DNA of 64,000 bases, from contig CAYRRV010000015.1 of NCBI GenBank assembly GCA_964426725.1, positions 7,765 to 71,764 of the forward strand, in the 5' to 3' direction. A program made the position numbers and the translations under genes. Under the pieces are notes generated by a model, which saw only the letters and a program-made list of their open reading frames with translations, had not been told where the DNA came from and ran no database searches. Source of the stretch: an uncultured Bacteroidales bacterium. Lineage in GTDB: Bacteria > Bacteroidota > Bacteroidia > Bacteroidales > CAYRRV01. Positions 28,778-39,631 of this stretch are shown piece after piece (positions within the stretch are counted from its first letter, which is position 1; each line of letters starts with the position of its first letter).

Positions 28778-29971
28778 TCATAACTCGAGATCAACATCAT
28801 GTTTCTCATGCCATGGCAATCCATGCTTATTGAGCATGTCCATGAATGGATCCGGGTTAAATTCTTCCACGTTAAAAACACCCGGCTTTTTCCAAATCTC
28901 TTTCAGGTACATCATGGCTCCAATCATGGCTGGAACTCCTGTCGTGTACGAAACAGCCTGTGTACCTGTTTCCCTGTATGCCTCCTCGTGGGAGCAATTA
29001 TTATAAATGTAATAAGTTTTCTCTTTCCCGTCTTTCACCCCCCTGATACGACAACCAATAGAAGTCCATCCGGTATAATTCTCTCCTAAATCCCCTGGAT
29101 CAGGCAAAACAGCTTTTAAAAACTGGATGGGTACAATTTCCTTTCCCTCGTAAACAACGGGTTCTATACCGGCCATGCCAATATTCTGAATTACCCTGAG
29201 ATGAGTCAGGTATTCCTGGCCAAAAGTCATCCAAAAACGAGCTCTCCTGAGAGTTGGAAAATTTTTCACCAACGATTCCAGCTCTTCGTGATAAATCAGG
29301 TAGCTCTCTCTCGGGCCAATTTCGGGATAATGAAGTGGTTTATGTATCGCGTGTGGTTCGGTTTCAATCCATTTTCCATTTTCCCAGAATTTTCCTTTTT
29401 GACTTACTTCCCTTATATTGATCTCCGGATTAAAATTTGTGGCAAATGGTTTTCCATGTTCCCCGGCATTACAGTCAACAATATCCAGGTAATGAATTTC
29501 ATCAAAATGATGCTTTGCAGCATAGGCAGTAAAAATACTGGTCACACCAGGATCAAAACCGCAACCCAAAATACCAGTAATCCCTTCTTTTTTAAAATCA
29601 TCATTATAAGCCCACTGCCACTTGTACTCGAATTTAGCCTCTTCCTTTGGTTCATAATTCGCTGTATCAAGATAGCTGGTTCCGGTTTCCAGACAGGCAT
29701 CCATGATGGTAAGATCCTGATAGGGTAAGGCCACGTTAACTACCAAATCCGGATTATACTCACGAATCAGTTGAACCAGTTCGGGAACATTTTCGGCATC
29801 TACCCGTGCTGTTTGTATCCTGTTTCCCCCAATTCGGGCGGCAATATCATCACATTTTTTCTTTGTCCTGCTGGCCAGCATGATACCTGAAAATACTTCA
29901 GGTAATCCTGCCATCTTGTGAGCAACCACGGTGCCCACGCCACCTGCTCCTATGATCAATACTTTTCCCAT
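28778..29971 (-). CDS. carboxynorspermidine synthase/dehydrogenase (saccharopine dehydrogenase family)
   Basis: MGKVLIIGAGGVG Rossmann start. 397 aa, a size and context (10 nt upstream of nspC) typical of CANSDH. Confidence 0.8.
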   Translation of the reverse strand: MGKVLIIGAGGVGTVVAHKMAGLPEVFSGIMLASRTKKKCDDIAARIGGNRIQTARVDAENVPELVQLIREYNPDLVVNVALPYQDLTIMDACLETGTSYLDTANYEPKEEAKFEYKWQWAYNDDFKKEGITGILGCGFDPGVTSIFTAYAAKHHFDEIHYLDIVDCNAGEHGKPFATNFNPEINIREVSQKGKFWENGKWIETEPHAIHKPLHYPEIGPRESYLIYHEELESLVKNFPTLRRARFWMTFGQEYLTHLRVIQNIGMAGIEPVVYEGKEIVPIQFLKAVLPDPGDLGENYTGWTSIGCRIRGVKDGKEKTYYIYNNCSHEEAYRETGTQAVSYTTGVPAMIGAMMYLKEIWKKPGVFNVEEFNPDPFMDMLNKHGLPWHEKHDVDLEL

Positions 29972-30164
29972 TTCTTTTAAATCATTTAATATTTATTTTT
30001 TTTCAAATAAAAGGATTTTTCGACACTTAAAATAATAAAAATTGTAAATTGTTGAAAATTAAATTATGTTACACAAAACATTTGCCACAATTCAGTCGTA
30101 AGGTTTACGTTATTCTTTCTTAAAAGGAAAAATGTTCCTGAATTAAAAAGTAAAAATGTATTCT

Positions 30165-30269
30165 GGTGTCATGTCAATGAAAAAAAATGGCGGTTGATCT
30201 GTGCTACATGTCTTAAAATAACGGGACATTTCTTCCGCAATAATAAATAATAAATGTGCCTCGTCACTG
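30165..30269 (-). repeat. ~95-nt intergenic repeat family, copy 6 (about 105 nt)
   Basis: Reverse complement reads CAGTGACGAGGCAC...ATTATTGCGGAAGAAATGTCCCGTTATTTTAAGACAT-GTAGCACAGATCAACCGCCATTTTTTTTCATTGACATGACACC. The 3' block points toward the polyamine operon. Confidence 0.75.
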
Positions 30270-30285
30270 GCAAAAAATTTGAGTT

Positions 30286-32448
30286 ATGCGTGCAGGTTTA
30301 TGGATTTCACTCGTATTTGTTCTTTTTTTGAAAGGAATTGCTCATTCTCAAAACAACACGTCTGATTATATTCGCGACATCGTGTTGAAAGTCGATACTA
30401 GCCAATACTCCCTAAAGGAAAATATCATCATGCACAATGATGAGGAACACCTTTATTTTAATTATGACCAGGAAGATGAAGTTTGTGAGGTTAAAATTTA
30501 TCCTGGTGACAGCCTGACTAAATTATCCTTATTGCCATCAAAAGATTTCATAGTTGTTGATTCTCTAATTAACATGAATGGGGAATATTACAAATTCAAG
30601 GTGCGTTTTCAAGCCCTTACCACCACGCGGTTCCTAAATTTTACATTCGCTTTTAGAAGCAAGAATGACACTATTGATTACATGCAGGAGGTAAAATTGT
30701 TGCCTTATACTTATACCACTATTGATTTTCAACCCGTTAATGAAGAACTATTTATAGGGGAAGAAAAGGTTTTTGACCTGGTATCAAATAATGTAAATAA
30801 TATCCGGCTGGTAAATGAATGGAAAACTTACAACAATATTGATTACAGGATAACCAGGAAGCAAGGTGAACTAAGACTTCATATCCTGCCACACGAGCTA
30901 GGTAACAAAAACTTTTCCATACAACTGTCGACCATTAAACCATTCATTAATGAAAATGAAGAACTTATTTATGATATGCCCGGTATTAATTATCAGTTTT
31001 ATATAAAATCGAGCAGGCTGGTTTTTTTAAACATCGACAAAAAAGAGGTAACCCTCGATGATAAGGCCCGCGAGGAGGGTATTGAGATACAGCTCGATGA
31101 TCACCGGAATTTGGAACTTCAAAAGACATACAGGGTGGAAAACCAGGAACAAAAAGGAGGCACCCTTATCGCGGAAGTATTCACGAGAAATAAGCTGGCT
31201 ACCAACAAGGTACTATGTCAGCTTCGATTATATAACTATCACCGCAAATCAGATGGATACCTCTATATTAAAGATGGAGATGAACCTAAATTCATCACGA
31301 ATTTAAGTATTACCCCGCGCACTACCATAGAGAAAATCAGCGTACTTCACGAGGGTGAAGACTGGACAAATAACCTGAACATTTATCCCGGTGAGACCAT
31401 AGATGTGAAAATTGAAGGAAAAGCCCTGCACAAGGCAAATTTTGTATTTGAAGATCTTTTGAACCTGACCCCGGATTCAAGCATCAGGAGTGAAAATACA
31501 GCCCTTTATAAACTGGAGGTACCTCTAACCATCATGAAAAGGAAGGTGAATATTTACAATCATAATGAAAGTACCGGCTTCTCACTCACTGTGAAAGAAT
31601 ATCAAAAACCAAGGCAGTTTGACTATATTCAGATCAATTACGGGGATATAGACAGAACTTTATCTTTATTAAAAAGTCCTGTTTTATGGGATAAAACCAT
31701 CAAAGACCTGACGTTCGAATTTATTCCAAGACGCATTGATGATGGCAAGATATTGTATGGCAAGCAATACCTTAATATTGATGTAAAAATAACCGGACCA
31801 CGGAATCAATTGATGGAAGTTAAATCCATTGAGAATGTCGTGGTTTGCCCCGGGAAAAATTCTCCACGGTTTGCGTATTACAATGATAAAAATTGTCAAT
31901 TGGAACCTCTTTCACTAAACCAACATCTTTCTACCAAGACTTATGATCTCGATGACTGGTCTAAAATTGAACTGACTGTTAAAAACGATGACGATAAGTA
32001 CGAGGAAGAAGGATACTCTAAAAAAATGGATATATACCTCAGCAAAAGATATACTTTCGATATTGATGTTTCATTTCCTGCCGGGTTACTCACCATCGGT
32101 AAGGAAGAAAGAGTGCCAATTGCGGAGAATAGCAATGATACCATCACCATTGGTGGTTTTGGAAATCTATCGGGTATCAGTATGGCCATGATAGCACAAT
32201 TTAGTTTTTATTACCCTGACAGAATCGCCAAATTAAAGCCTTATAAAATAGGTGCCGGCTTCCTGGCATTGAATGCTTTCAATTTTAACAGTCAAAATCA
32301 GGATCTGGGAATAGTTGTTTTAGGCAGTCTCTACCCTACCTCGAAAAACTCCAAGCTATCCTTCCCGCTCTACGTTGGTGGAGGATATTTCCTGAAATAC
32401 AGCAAGTGGTTTTTCCTGATTGGACCAGGCATCAGGGTTAGGTTGTAA
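30286..32448 (+). CDS. hypothetical secreted/outer-membrane protein (720 aa)
   Basis: Signal peptide MRAGLWISLVFVLFLKGIAHS and a long beta-rich body. The last ~110 aa are hydrophobic/aromatic alternating (possible membrane anchor or barrel). No family recognised. Confidence 0.6.
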   Translation: MRAGLWISLVFVLFLKGIAHSQNNTSDYIRDIVLKVDTSQYSLKENIIMHNDEEHLYFNYDQEDEVCEVKIYPGDSLTKLSLLPSKDFIVVDSLINMNGEYYKFKVRFQALTTTRFLNFTFAFRSKNDTIDYMQEVKLLPYTYTTIDFQPVNEELFIGEEKVFDLVSNNVNNIRLVNEWKTYNNIDYRITRKQGELRLHILPHELGNKNFSIQLSTIKPFINENEELIYDMPGINYQFYIKSSRLVFLNIDKKEVTLDDKAREEGIEIQLDDHRNLELQKTYRVENQEQKGGTLIAEVFTRNKLATNKVLCQLRLYNYHRKSDGYLYIKDGDEPKFITNLSITPRTTIEKISVLHEGEDWTNNLNIYPGETIDVKIEGKALHKANFVFEDLLNLTPDSSIRSENTALYKLEVPLTIMKRKVNIYNHNESTGFSLTVKEYQKPRQFDYIQINYGDIDRTLSLLKSPVLWDKTIKDLTFEFIPRRIDDGKILYGKQYLNIDVKITGPRNQLMEVKSIENVVVCPGKNSPRFAYYNDKNCQLEPLSLNQHLSTKTYDLDDWSKIELTVKNDDDKYEEEGYSKKMDIYLSKRYTFDIDVSFPAGLLTIGKEERVPIAENSNDTITIGGFGNLSGISMAMIAQFSFYYPDRIAKLKPYKIGAGFLALNAFNFNSQNQDLGIVVLGSLYPTSKNSKLSFPLYVGGGYFLKYSKWFFLIGPGIRVRL

Positions 32449-32557
32449 AAAAAATTTATATTTTTTTAAAAAAAAACCTGAAAATATTTTGAATTTCGGA
32501 CTTTAATGTCTTATTTTGTTCTGAATTTCAATTACGCCAAGGTACAATCGTGATTGA

Positions 32558-32664
32558 TTTATAAAGAAGAGGCGAGAGAACAGGCTCATTGACCCTCTGG
32601 CAACCTCTTCCTCCAAGGAAAAAGGTGCCAATTCCTGATTCGCCGGCTGGCGAATAAATATAAA
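32558..32664 (+). promoter_or_regulatory. SAM-I (S-box) riboswitch upstream of metY
   Basis: TTTATAAAGAAGAGGCGAGAGAACAGGCTCATTGACCCTCTGGCAACC...AAGGTGCCAATTCCTG-ATTCGCCggctGGCGAAT-AAATATAAA. Shows the conserved GAGGNNAGNG / GGCAACC / GGTGCYAATTCC blocks, a P4 hairpin and P1 closing (TTTATA/TATAAA). Confidence 0.8.
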
Positions 32665-32734
32665 TTAATAAGATTATGGAAAAACAAGCACGTATTTTTT
32701 CTAAAGTGAATTTTCAGGACAACAAATGTCTTAA

Positions 32735-34204
<1,470 letters not shown>

Positions 34205-34214
34205 TGATATAAAA

Positions 34215-34256
34215 AAACCGCGGGTTTTCAATAAGAAGCTTGAAAGCCCGTGGTTT
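34215..34256. terminator. long hairpin between convergent metY and hypB (terminator candidate)
   Basis: AAACCGCGGG-t-TTTCAA-taagaagc-TTGAAA-g-CCCGTGGTTT (about 16 bp). The preceding A7 run gives a U-run on the minus-strand (hypB) transcript. Confidence 0.5.
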
Positions 34257-35079
34257 ACTTCAAGCTTTGCACTTGGGCTTTTAACCAGTTATACCATTGT
34301 TCCATCCCCTCTCCCGTTTTCACAGAAAGTTCCAGGAAAGACAAGTGGTGATTCACCCGGAGTGCATATTCACGGCATTTTTTCATGTCAAAATCCACGT
34401 GGGGCAACAAATCAATTTTATTAATAATACACAAATCGGCAGACTGAAACATGTGAGGATACTTGATAGGTTTATCATCACCCTCGGTAACACTGATAAT
34501 GACAACCCGTTTAGCTTCTCCTAAATCGAAAAGAGCCGGACAAACCAGGTTGCCAACGTTTTCAATAAACAGGATGCTGTTGTTCTCGGGATTAAGTTCC
34601 TTGGCTGCCCGGTTAATCATGTCGGCATCCAAATGACAACCGGTTCCTGTATTCACCTGGATAACAGGTGCTCCTGCCTTTTCAATCCGTTCTGCATCAT
34701 TCATGGTTTGCTGATCACCCTCAATAATGGCCAGTTTTAATTCCGGCAATATTTCCCTGATAGTTTTCTCCAAAAGAAATGTTTTACCTGATCCTGGTGA
34801 ACTAACAAGGTTCAAAGTAAATATCGACTTAGCCTCGAAATAACCCCGGTTCCGTTGCGCCATCAGGTTGTTTTTCTGTAAAACATCCTGCTCGACGATA
34901 ATCTCACGCCCGTGCGAGTGATCGTGATGGTGATGATGAGCATGTTCATGATCAGGGTCATTATGATGATGTCCATGCTCTTTATCTCGATCTTCATGAT
35001 GATGATGGTGGTGCAAGGCATCACCTGGTTTTCTTATAGAAATTTTGTTACCTTCTCCGCATCCACAAGTGTCACACAT
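34255..35079 (-). CDS. hypB: hydrogenase nickel incorporation GTPase HypB
   Basis: MCDTCGCG N-terminal metal site, a His-rich stretch (HHHHHHEDRDKEHGHHHNDPDHEHAHHHHHDHSH) and a P-loop SPGSGKT. Confidence 0.95.
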   Translation of the reverse strand: MCDTCGCGEGNKISIRKPGDALHHHHHHEDRDKEHGHHHNDPDHEHAHHHHHDHSHGREIIVEQDVLQKNNLMAQRNRGYFEAKSIFTLNLVSSPGSGKTFLLEKTIREILPELKLAIIEGDQQTMNDAERIEKAGAPVIQVNTGTGCHLDADMINRAAKELNPENNSILFIENVGNLVCPALFDLGEAKRVVIISVTEGDDKPIKYPHMFQSADLCIINKIDLLPHVDFDMKKCREYALRVNHHLSFLELSVKTGEGMEQWYNWLKAQVQSLK

Positions 35080-35183
35080 ATACTTTGTTTTTATTACAAA
35101 ATTAATAATTTTATAAACAGTATTTATCCATTATTTACGATATCTTCATTATGCTCCTTCTCAATTCTTTTTTTCAATACGCC

Positions 35184-35528
35184 TCACCGATCAATTTTCA
35201 ATGATTTGATTTTCAAATCCTTGCCTTCAATAATCAAAGGATTAAATGAGCCACAAGAAGGGCAAGGAGAAAACAGGTCATTTGTTACAAACCCGGTTCC
35301 GCAATTTTCACATTTCGCTTTTCCCTCGATCAGGTTAATAATGATCCCCGCGTCCTGCAATTTTGAATTTTTAACTGCTGAATCCAAGGCCATTTGCAAT
35401 GCTTCGGGTATTATTCCACTTAATAACCCAACATCGAGCTCAAGTTCGTCAACTTTTATCGCTCCCTCCTTTTCGGCAATTTCATCAACCATTTCAACGA
35501 TATTGCAGGCAATAGAGAATTCGTGCAT
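35184..35528 (-). CDS. hypA: hydrogenase maturation nickel metallochaperone HypA
   Basis: The ATG at 35528 gives MHEFSIACNIVEMV (MHE metal-binding N-terminus). Zn site CENCG...CPSCGS. 114 aa. Confidence 0.9.
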   Translation of the reverse strand: MHEFSIACNIVEMVDEIAEKEGAIKVDELELDVGLLSGIIPEALQMALDSAVKNSKLQDAGIIINLIEGKAKCENCGTGFVTNDLFSPCPSCGSFNPLIIEGKDLKIKSLKIDR

Positions 35529-35742
35529 ATCTTTAACATTAGTCAATAAGTAACCACGTGTTAAAGATAAACGATAAAAACCGGTAAACAAGATACTTAT
35601 TCTCATGTTTTATAAAATAACACCTGAAAAACTTGACTTTCGAATACAGTATTCGTATATTTTAGGTTAATTCTTGCTAAAAACCAACCGCCATGACACA
35701 TGAGATTTCATTATATAATGTCCAATATGCAAAAATTCGCTT

Positions 35743-36102
35743 ATGGATCATACCCGCTATTTGAACTCTAAACCTAGTATTAAACTGAATATTGAAATTG
35801 GAGGGAAAAAGGGTACAATTAATCTTTGTTCCACTTACGGGTGTTTTGATCATGCCAGTTCTGTTGATATAATTCCGGACGACATGGGTACATTTTCATG
35901 TCCCTCTTGTAAAACTGAACTGAAAGGAACGGATACATGTAATATTTGCTCGGCCCCAATGATTGACATGAGCCTGGATAAGGGAGGCAAAGTGAGTATC
36001 TGCTCAAGAGCAGGGTGCAAAAAACACTACATTGCTTTCGAGGATATTTCAGATGCCATTAATAACCTATACAGGGATTATAATTACGGTGGAGGTCTAT
36101 AA
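35743..36102 (+). CDS. small cysteine-rich hypothetical protein (zinc-ribbon-like)
   Basis: 119 aa with paired cysteines: C-x4-C, CPSC, CNIC, C-x4-C. Divergent from hypA. No family recognised. Confidence 0.5.
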   Translation: MDHTRYLNSKPSIKLNIEIGGKKGTINLCSTYGCFDHASSVDIIPDDMGTFSCPSCKTELKGTDTCNICSAPMIDMSLDKGGKVSICSRAGCKKHYIAFEDISDAINNLYRDYNYGGGL

Positions 36103-36115
36103 TACCCCGGTTTAT

Positions 36116-37003
36116 TTACTCTCGGATTTTTAAGAGTACTTTATCCAGTACCTGGTTAAATAGCAATTCGTCTTCACACATGGGAAAATGCCCGGTTTGT
36201 CCGGTAGTATAAAGTTCGAAAGAATAGGGGCACAATTTTGTAAGAGATTGAGTAAAAGTGGGTGTGATTTCATTGTTTATCAGGTAAAGCTTATAGGGTA
36301 ACTCTTGTAAAAGTTTTATTTTCTCGTTTCCGAAATCATTTACTGATTTAAAGGCAAGTAGTGCAACTTCAGGGTTGGCAGTTACGAAATCACTTTTCAC
36401 GCGTTCCTTAAAGTTATCCGGGGTAGAAGAGGAAAATAAATTACCTGCCGCGTAGGCAGGAGCGATATTTCTAAAATCATCTTTCAATAACTGCATTAAT
36501 GATTGTAAATGCCTGTTTTCTTCAGGATTATTTGTTAGTCCCACATTTTTGAAACTCTCAACACCGATCAAGCCAATGACATTCTTCGGTTCATTAACCG
36601 CCACCTGCAATGCAATATCGCCCGACATGGCATGGCCAATTAATATTACATTTTTAAGGCGAAGCCTTCGGATAAACCCAGAAATATCTTCACCATAGGT
36701 GGCAATGCTCCAGTCTTTTCTTGCTAAATTTATTGATTCCCCAAACCCGGGCAGATCAGGAGCAATCACACGATAATTTGCACAATAATGCATTAACTGA
36801 GAATTCCAGTAATCTTTATTAAGGCACCAGCCATGCAAAAACAAAAGTGTTGTATCGCCTCTTCCTCCAAAATAATATTCTATTTCAGTTTTTCCTGTCT
36901 GGAGAACAGAAACCTGGATTTTACATGGATCATCTACCCGAGGTACCTGATGTTTACAGGCAGAACTAAGAATTAACGTTAATATGAAAAGGTATTTATA
37001 CAT
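36116..37003 (-). CDS. alpha/beta hydrolase, probable lipoprotein
   Basis: Lipobox-like LILSSAC, HGW oxyanion region and nucleophile elbow GHAMSG. 295 aa. Confidence 0.8.
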   Translation of the reverse strand: MYKYLFILTLILSSACKHQVPRVDDPCKIQVSVLQTGKTEIEYYFGGRGDTTLLFLHGWCLNKDYWNSQLMHYCANYRVIAPDLPGFGESINLARKDWSIATYGEDISGFIRRLRLKNVILIGHAMSGDIALQVAVNEPKNVIGLIGVESFKNVGLTNNPEENRHLQSLMQLLKDDFRNIAPAYAAGNLFSSSTPDNFKERVKSDFVTANPEVALLAFKSVNDFGNEKIKLLQELPYKLYLINNEITPTFTQSLTKLCPYSFELYTTGQTGHFPMCEDELLFNQVLDKVLLKIRE

Positions 37004-37174
37004 CTACAATAAAGAAATAATCATAAATATATAGAATTTAGATGACATTGTGAAATTAACCGGGTAAAAACTCTATTTTAATCAATCAACTAACAAATAA
37101 CAGATACCTCTTGTTCAAGAAAATAGATTTTTTGTAATCAAAATCTTTGATGGAAAAATACTATACTATTGCTT

Positions 37175-37273
37175 GTACATATAAAAAGGTAGTTAATTTG
37201 TGCCACATGCCCTAAAAATAAAGGGATATACCTGCTGCAATATTAATTATCACCTTAATGTCACGCGTCACTA
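37175..37273 (-). repeat. ~95-nt intergenic repeat family, copy 7 (3' block degenerate)
   Basis: Reverse complement reads TAGTGACGCGTGAC...TTAATATTGCAGCAGGTATATCCCTTTATTTTTAGGGCAT-GTGGCACAAATTAACTACC. The palindrome abuts the hypE stop codon (37271-37273). Confidence 0.6.
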
Positions 37274-38284
37274 ACATATCCTGGGTAATTGCTCCCCGGC
37301 CAGCATGTCCACGATTCTCGATCCTCCTATGGTAGTTCTCATTAATACTTTTCGGGGATTTTCACTGGTCACCGAACCAATTATAGAAGCATCTTTTCCC
37401 AATGGATTGTTTTGTAGTATACTGATTATCTTGTCGCTATCTTTTGGATCAACGATTATTACAACTTTTCCCTCGTTGGCAACATACAGGGGATCAAACC
37501 CAAATATTTCACACGCTCCTCTAACGCCTTCACGGATGGGTATTTGGGTTTCGTCAATATTTATTCCAAGGTTCCGGTACTGCACCAGTTCATTGAGCAC
37601 GGAAGCAAGTCCTCCCCTGGTAGCATCCCGCATGAATTTGATATGGCAACCGGCATCTGTCAACTCTTTAATCATGTAATATAAGCTGGCACAATCTGAA
37701 TGGATTTCAGATTCAAAATGAAGCGATTCTCTTGCAGCCATAACGGAGATTCCATGATCACCCAGTGTTCCGTTAACAAGCACCATATCACCGGGCTGAA
37801 TTTTATTTCCTGTTATAACTGCCTCATAACCTTCAATAGCAGTACCTATTCCGGTTGTATTGATAAAAATTTTATCGCATTTGCCCTTGTTCACCACTTT
37901 TGTATCGCCGGTAACAATTTTCACCCCGGCATTCATTGCTTCCGCGGCCATGGATATCACGATCTTTTCCAGGTCTTTTAGAGGAAATCCTTCCTCAATG
38001 ATAAATGCCACGCTTATATACAAGGGTTTACCACCACTTACGGCAATATCATTCACGGTACCACAAACCGCGAGTTTACCAATATCTCCTCCCGGGAAAA
38101 AAATGGGATCAACCACGAAAGAATCGGTGGTAAAAAGAACATTTTTACCAATGTTATCCAAAAGTGCAGCATCACCCTGGACCATCAGTTTATCATTACC
38201 AAAATGTTTATAAAAAAGATTCTGGATAAGGTCATGGGTCAACTTACCACCGCTCCCGTGCCCGAGTAATACTTTATTTTCCAT
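37271..38284 (-). CDS. hypE: hydrogenase expression/formation protein HypE
   Basis: LLGHGSGGKLTHDLI N-terminus, PurM-like fold and the C-terminal PRIC motif. Confidence 0.95.
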   Translation of the reverse strand: MENKVLLGHGSGGKLTHDLIQNLFYKHFGNDKLMVQGDAALLDNIGKNVLFTTDSFVVDPIFFPGGDIGKLAVCGTVNDIAVSGGKPLYISVAFIIEEGFPLKDLEKIVISMAAEAMNAGVKIVTGDTKVVNKGKCDKIFINTTGIGTAIEGYEAVITGNKIQPGDMVLVNGTLGDHGISVMAARESLHFESEIHSDCASLYYMIKELTDAGCHIKFMRDATRGGLASVLNELVQYRNLGINIDETQIPIREGVRGACEIFGFDPLYVANEGKVVIIVDPKDSDKIISILQNNPLGKDASIIGSVTSENPRKVLMRTTIGGSRIVDMLAGEQLPRIC

Positions 38285-38285
38285 T

Positions 38286-39380
38286 TCAAGTGTTCCTGTT
38301 ATATCTATACCAAGCCTGACAAGCTCCCTCGTTGGAAACCATACATGAACCGACCGGGTTCACAGGTGTACATTCTTTTGCAAAAAGTCTGCAATCGGAA
38401 GGTGATTTTATTCCTTTTAACACGGCCCCACAGATGCATCCCCGGGGTTCTAAAGTTTCACCTGGTTGTATGGGTATCATTGCCTCCGCGCTAAACAGGC
38501 GGTACTTTTCTCTGATTTTCATTCCGCTGGCAGGTAGTATGCCCAGTCCTCTCCACCAATCATCCTGTAATTCAAACACTTCATCCAATATTGCCCTGGC
38601 TTTTTGATTTCCAGACTCAGTAACGGCTCTTTTATATTGGATTTCAACAGCAGGCTGGCTACTTTCTACCTGATTAACAAGCATGTATATTCCCTGTAAA
38701 ATATCAATGGGCTCGAACCCGGTAACCACCACACCAAGTCCATACTTGGAGGCTATTTGATGATACATACTTGTACCCGTGATGGTAGTAACATGACCTG
38801 GAGCCAGGTAGCCGTCCAGTTGCACGCCCTCGTCAACCAAGGCTGTCATCGCTGGTGGCATTATCTTGTGTGAACTCAACAGAAAAAAGTTATCCAACCC
38901 CATTTTTGAGGCCTGAATGACTGCCACAGCAGAACCCGGTGCCGTTGTTTCAAACCCAATTCCAAGAAAAACTACTTTCTTATTCACATTATCGCGTGCA
39001 ATCTGAATGGCTTCAAGTGAAGACTGCACCATGCGGACATCGGCCCCGTTTGCTTTTTCTTTTTCGAGAGTTGAACGTGATCCCGGAACTCTTATTAAAT
39101 CACCGAAAGTGGTTACAATAACATCATCTAAATGACTGTAAGCTATTGCTTTATCAATAAAACCCCTGCCCGTAACGCAAACCGGACAGCCGGGGCCAGA
39201 TAATAGTCGAATATTAGAAGGTAACAAAGATGGGATTCCAAACTTGTGAATGGCCATGGTATGGCCACCACATATCTCCATAAAGGCAACCTTTCTCCGG
39301 GATACTTCATTGATTTTATGCACCAGTTTTTTTACCAGGGTGGCATCCCTGTACTCATCCATGTATTTTACAGGGGCCAT
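38286..39380 (-). CDS. hypD: hydrogenase formation protein HypD
   Basis: CGGHT, GPGCPVCV and GFETT motifs. 364 aa. Confidence 0.95.
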   Translation of the reverse strand: MAPVKYMDEYRDATLVKKLVHKINEVSRRKVAFMEICGGHTMAIHKFGIPSLLPSNIRLLSGPGCPVCVTGRGFIDKAIAYSHLDDVIVTTFGDLIRVPGSRSTLEKEKANGADVRMVQSSLEAIQIARDNVNKKVVFLGIGFETTAPGSAVAVIQASKMGLDNFFLLSSHKIMPPAMTALVDEGVQLDGYLAPGHVTTITGTSMYHQIASKYGLGVVVTGFEPIDILQGIYMLVNQVESSQPAVEIQYKRAVTESGNQKARAILDEVFELQDDWWRGLGILPASGMKIREKYRLFSAEAMIPIQPGETLEPRGCICGAVLKGIKSPSDCRLFAKECTPVNPVGSCMVSNEGACQAWYRYNRNT

Positions 39381-39631
39381 TATTCTTCCCCGGTTTTTGG
39401 CAATTCATTATCCCAGGGATTTTCTTCCAGTTCCTTTATAAGCTGAAGGGTTTCCTTGGCTTCTTCTTCACTTATTTTTTGCAGGGCAAAACCCGTGTGC
39501 ACCAGTATGTAGTCTCCCACTTGCACGTCATCCACGAGTTGCAGTCCTGCAGTAACAACAGTTCCCCCGATAGATGCTTTCGCTGTTTCTCCTTCTATGG
39601 AAATAATTTTTGCCGGTATACTTAAACACAT
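39380..39631 (-). CDS. hypC: HypC/HybG/HupF family hydrogenase chaperone
   Basis: MCLSIPAKII N-terminal Cys motif. 83 aa. Overlaps hypD by 1 nt and hypF by 10 nt. Confidence 0.9.
   Translation of the reverse strand: MCLSIPAKIISIEGETAKASIGGTVVTAGLQLVDDVQVGDYILVHTGFALQKISEEEAKETLQLIKELEENPWDNELPKTGEE

Noticed and set aside
29201-29728. 175-aa plus-strand ORF
   Set aside because: It is entirely antisense to the well-supported carboxynorspermidine dehydrogenase gene and matches no family.
34927-35012. Repetitive CAT/CAC-rich DNA
   Set aside because: It is the coding sequence for the histidine-rich metal-binding tract of HypB and not a non-coding repeat.
34912-35553. 213-aa plus-strand ORF
   Set aside because: It lies antisense to hypB (its His-codon run reads as MMM/VMV repeats) and to hypA. 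The composition is low-complexity and hydrophobic. It is a shadow ORF.
35684-35703. ACCAACCGCCATGACACATG fragment resembling the 3' block of the repeat
   Set aside because: Only about 20 nt match, with an internal deletion, and blocks 1 and 2 are absent. It is mentioned in the repeat finding but not called as a feature.
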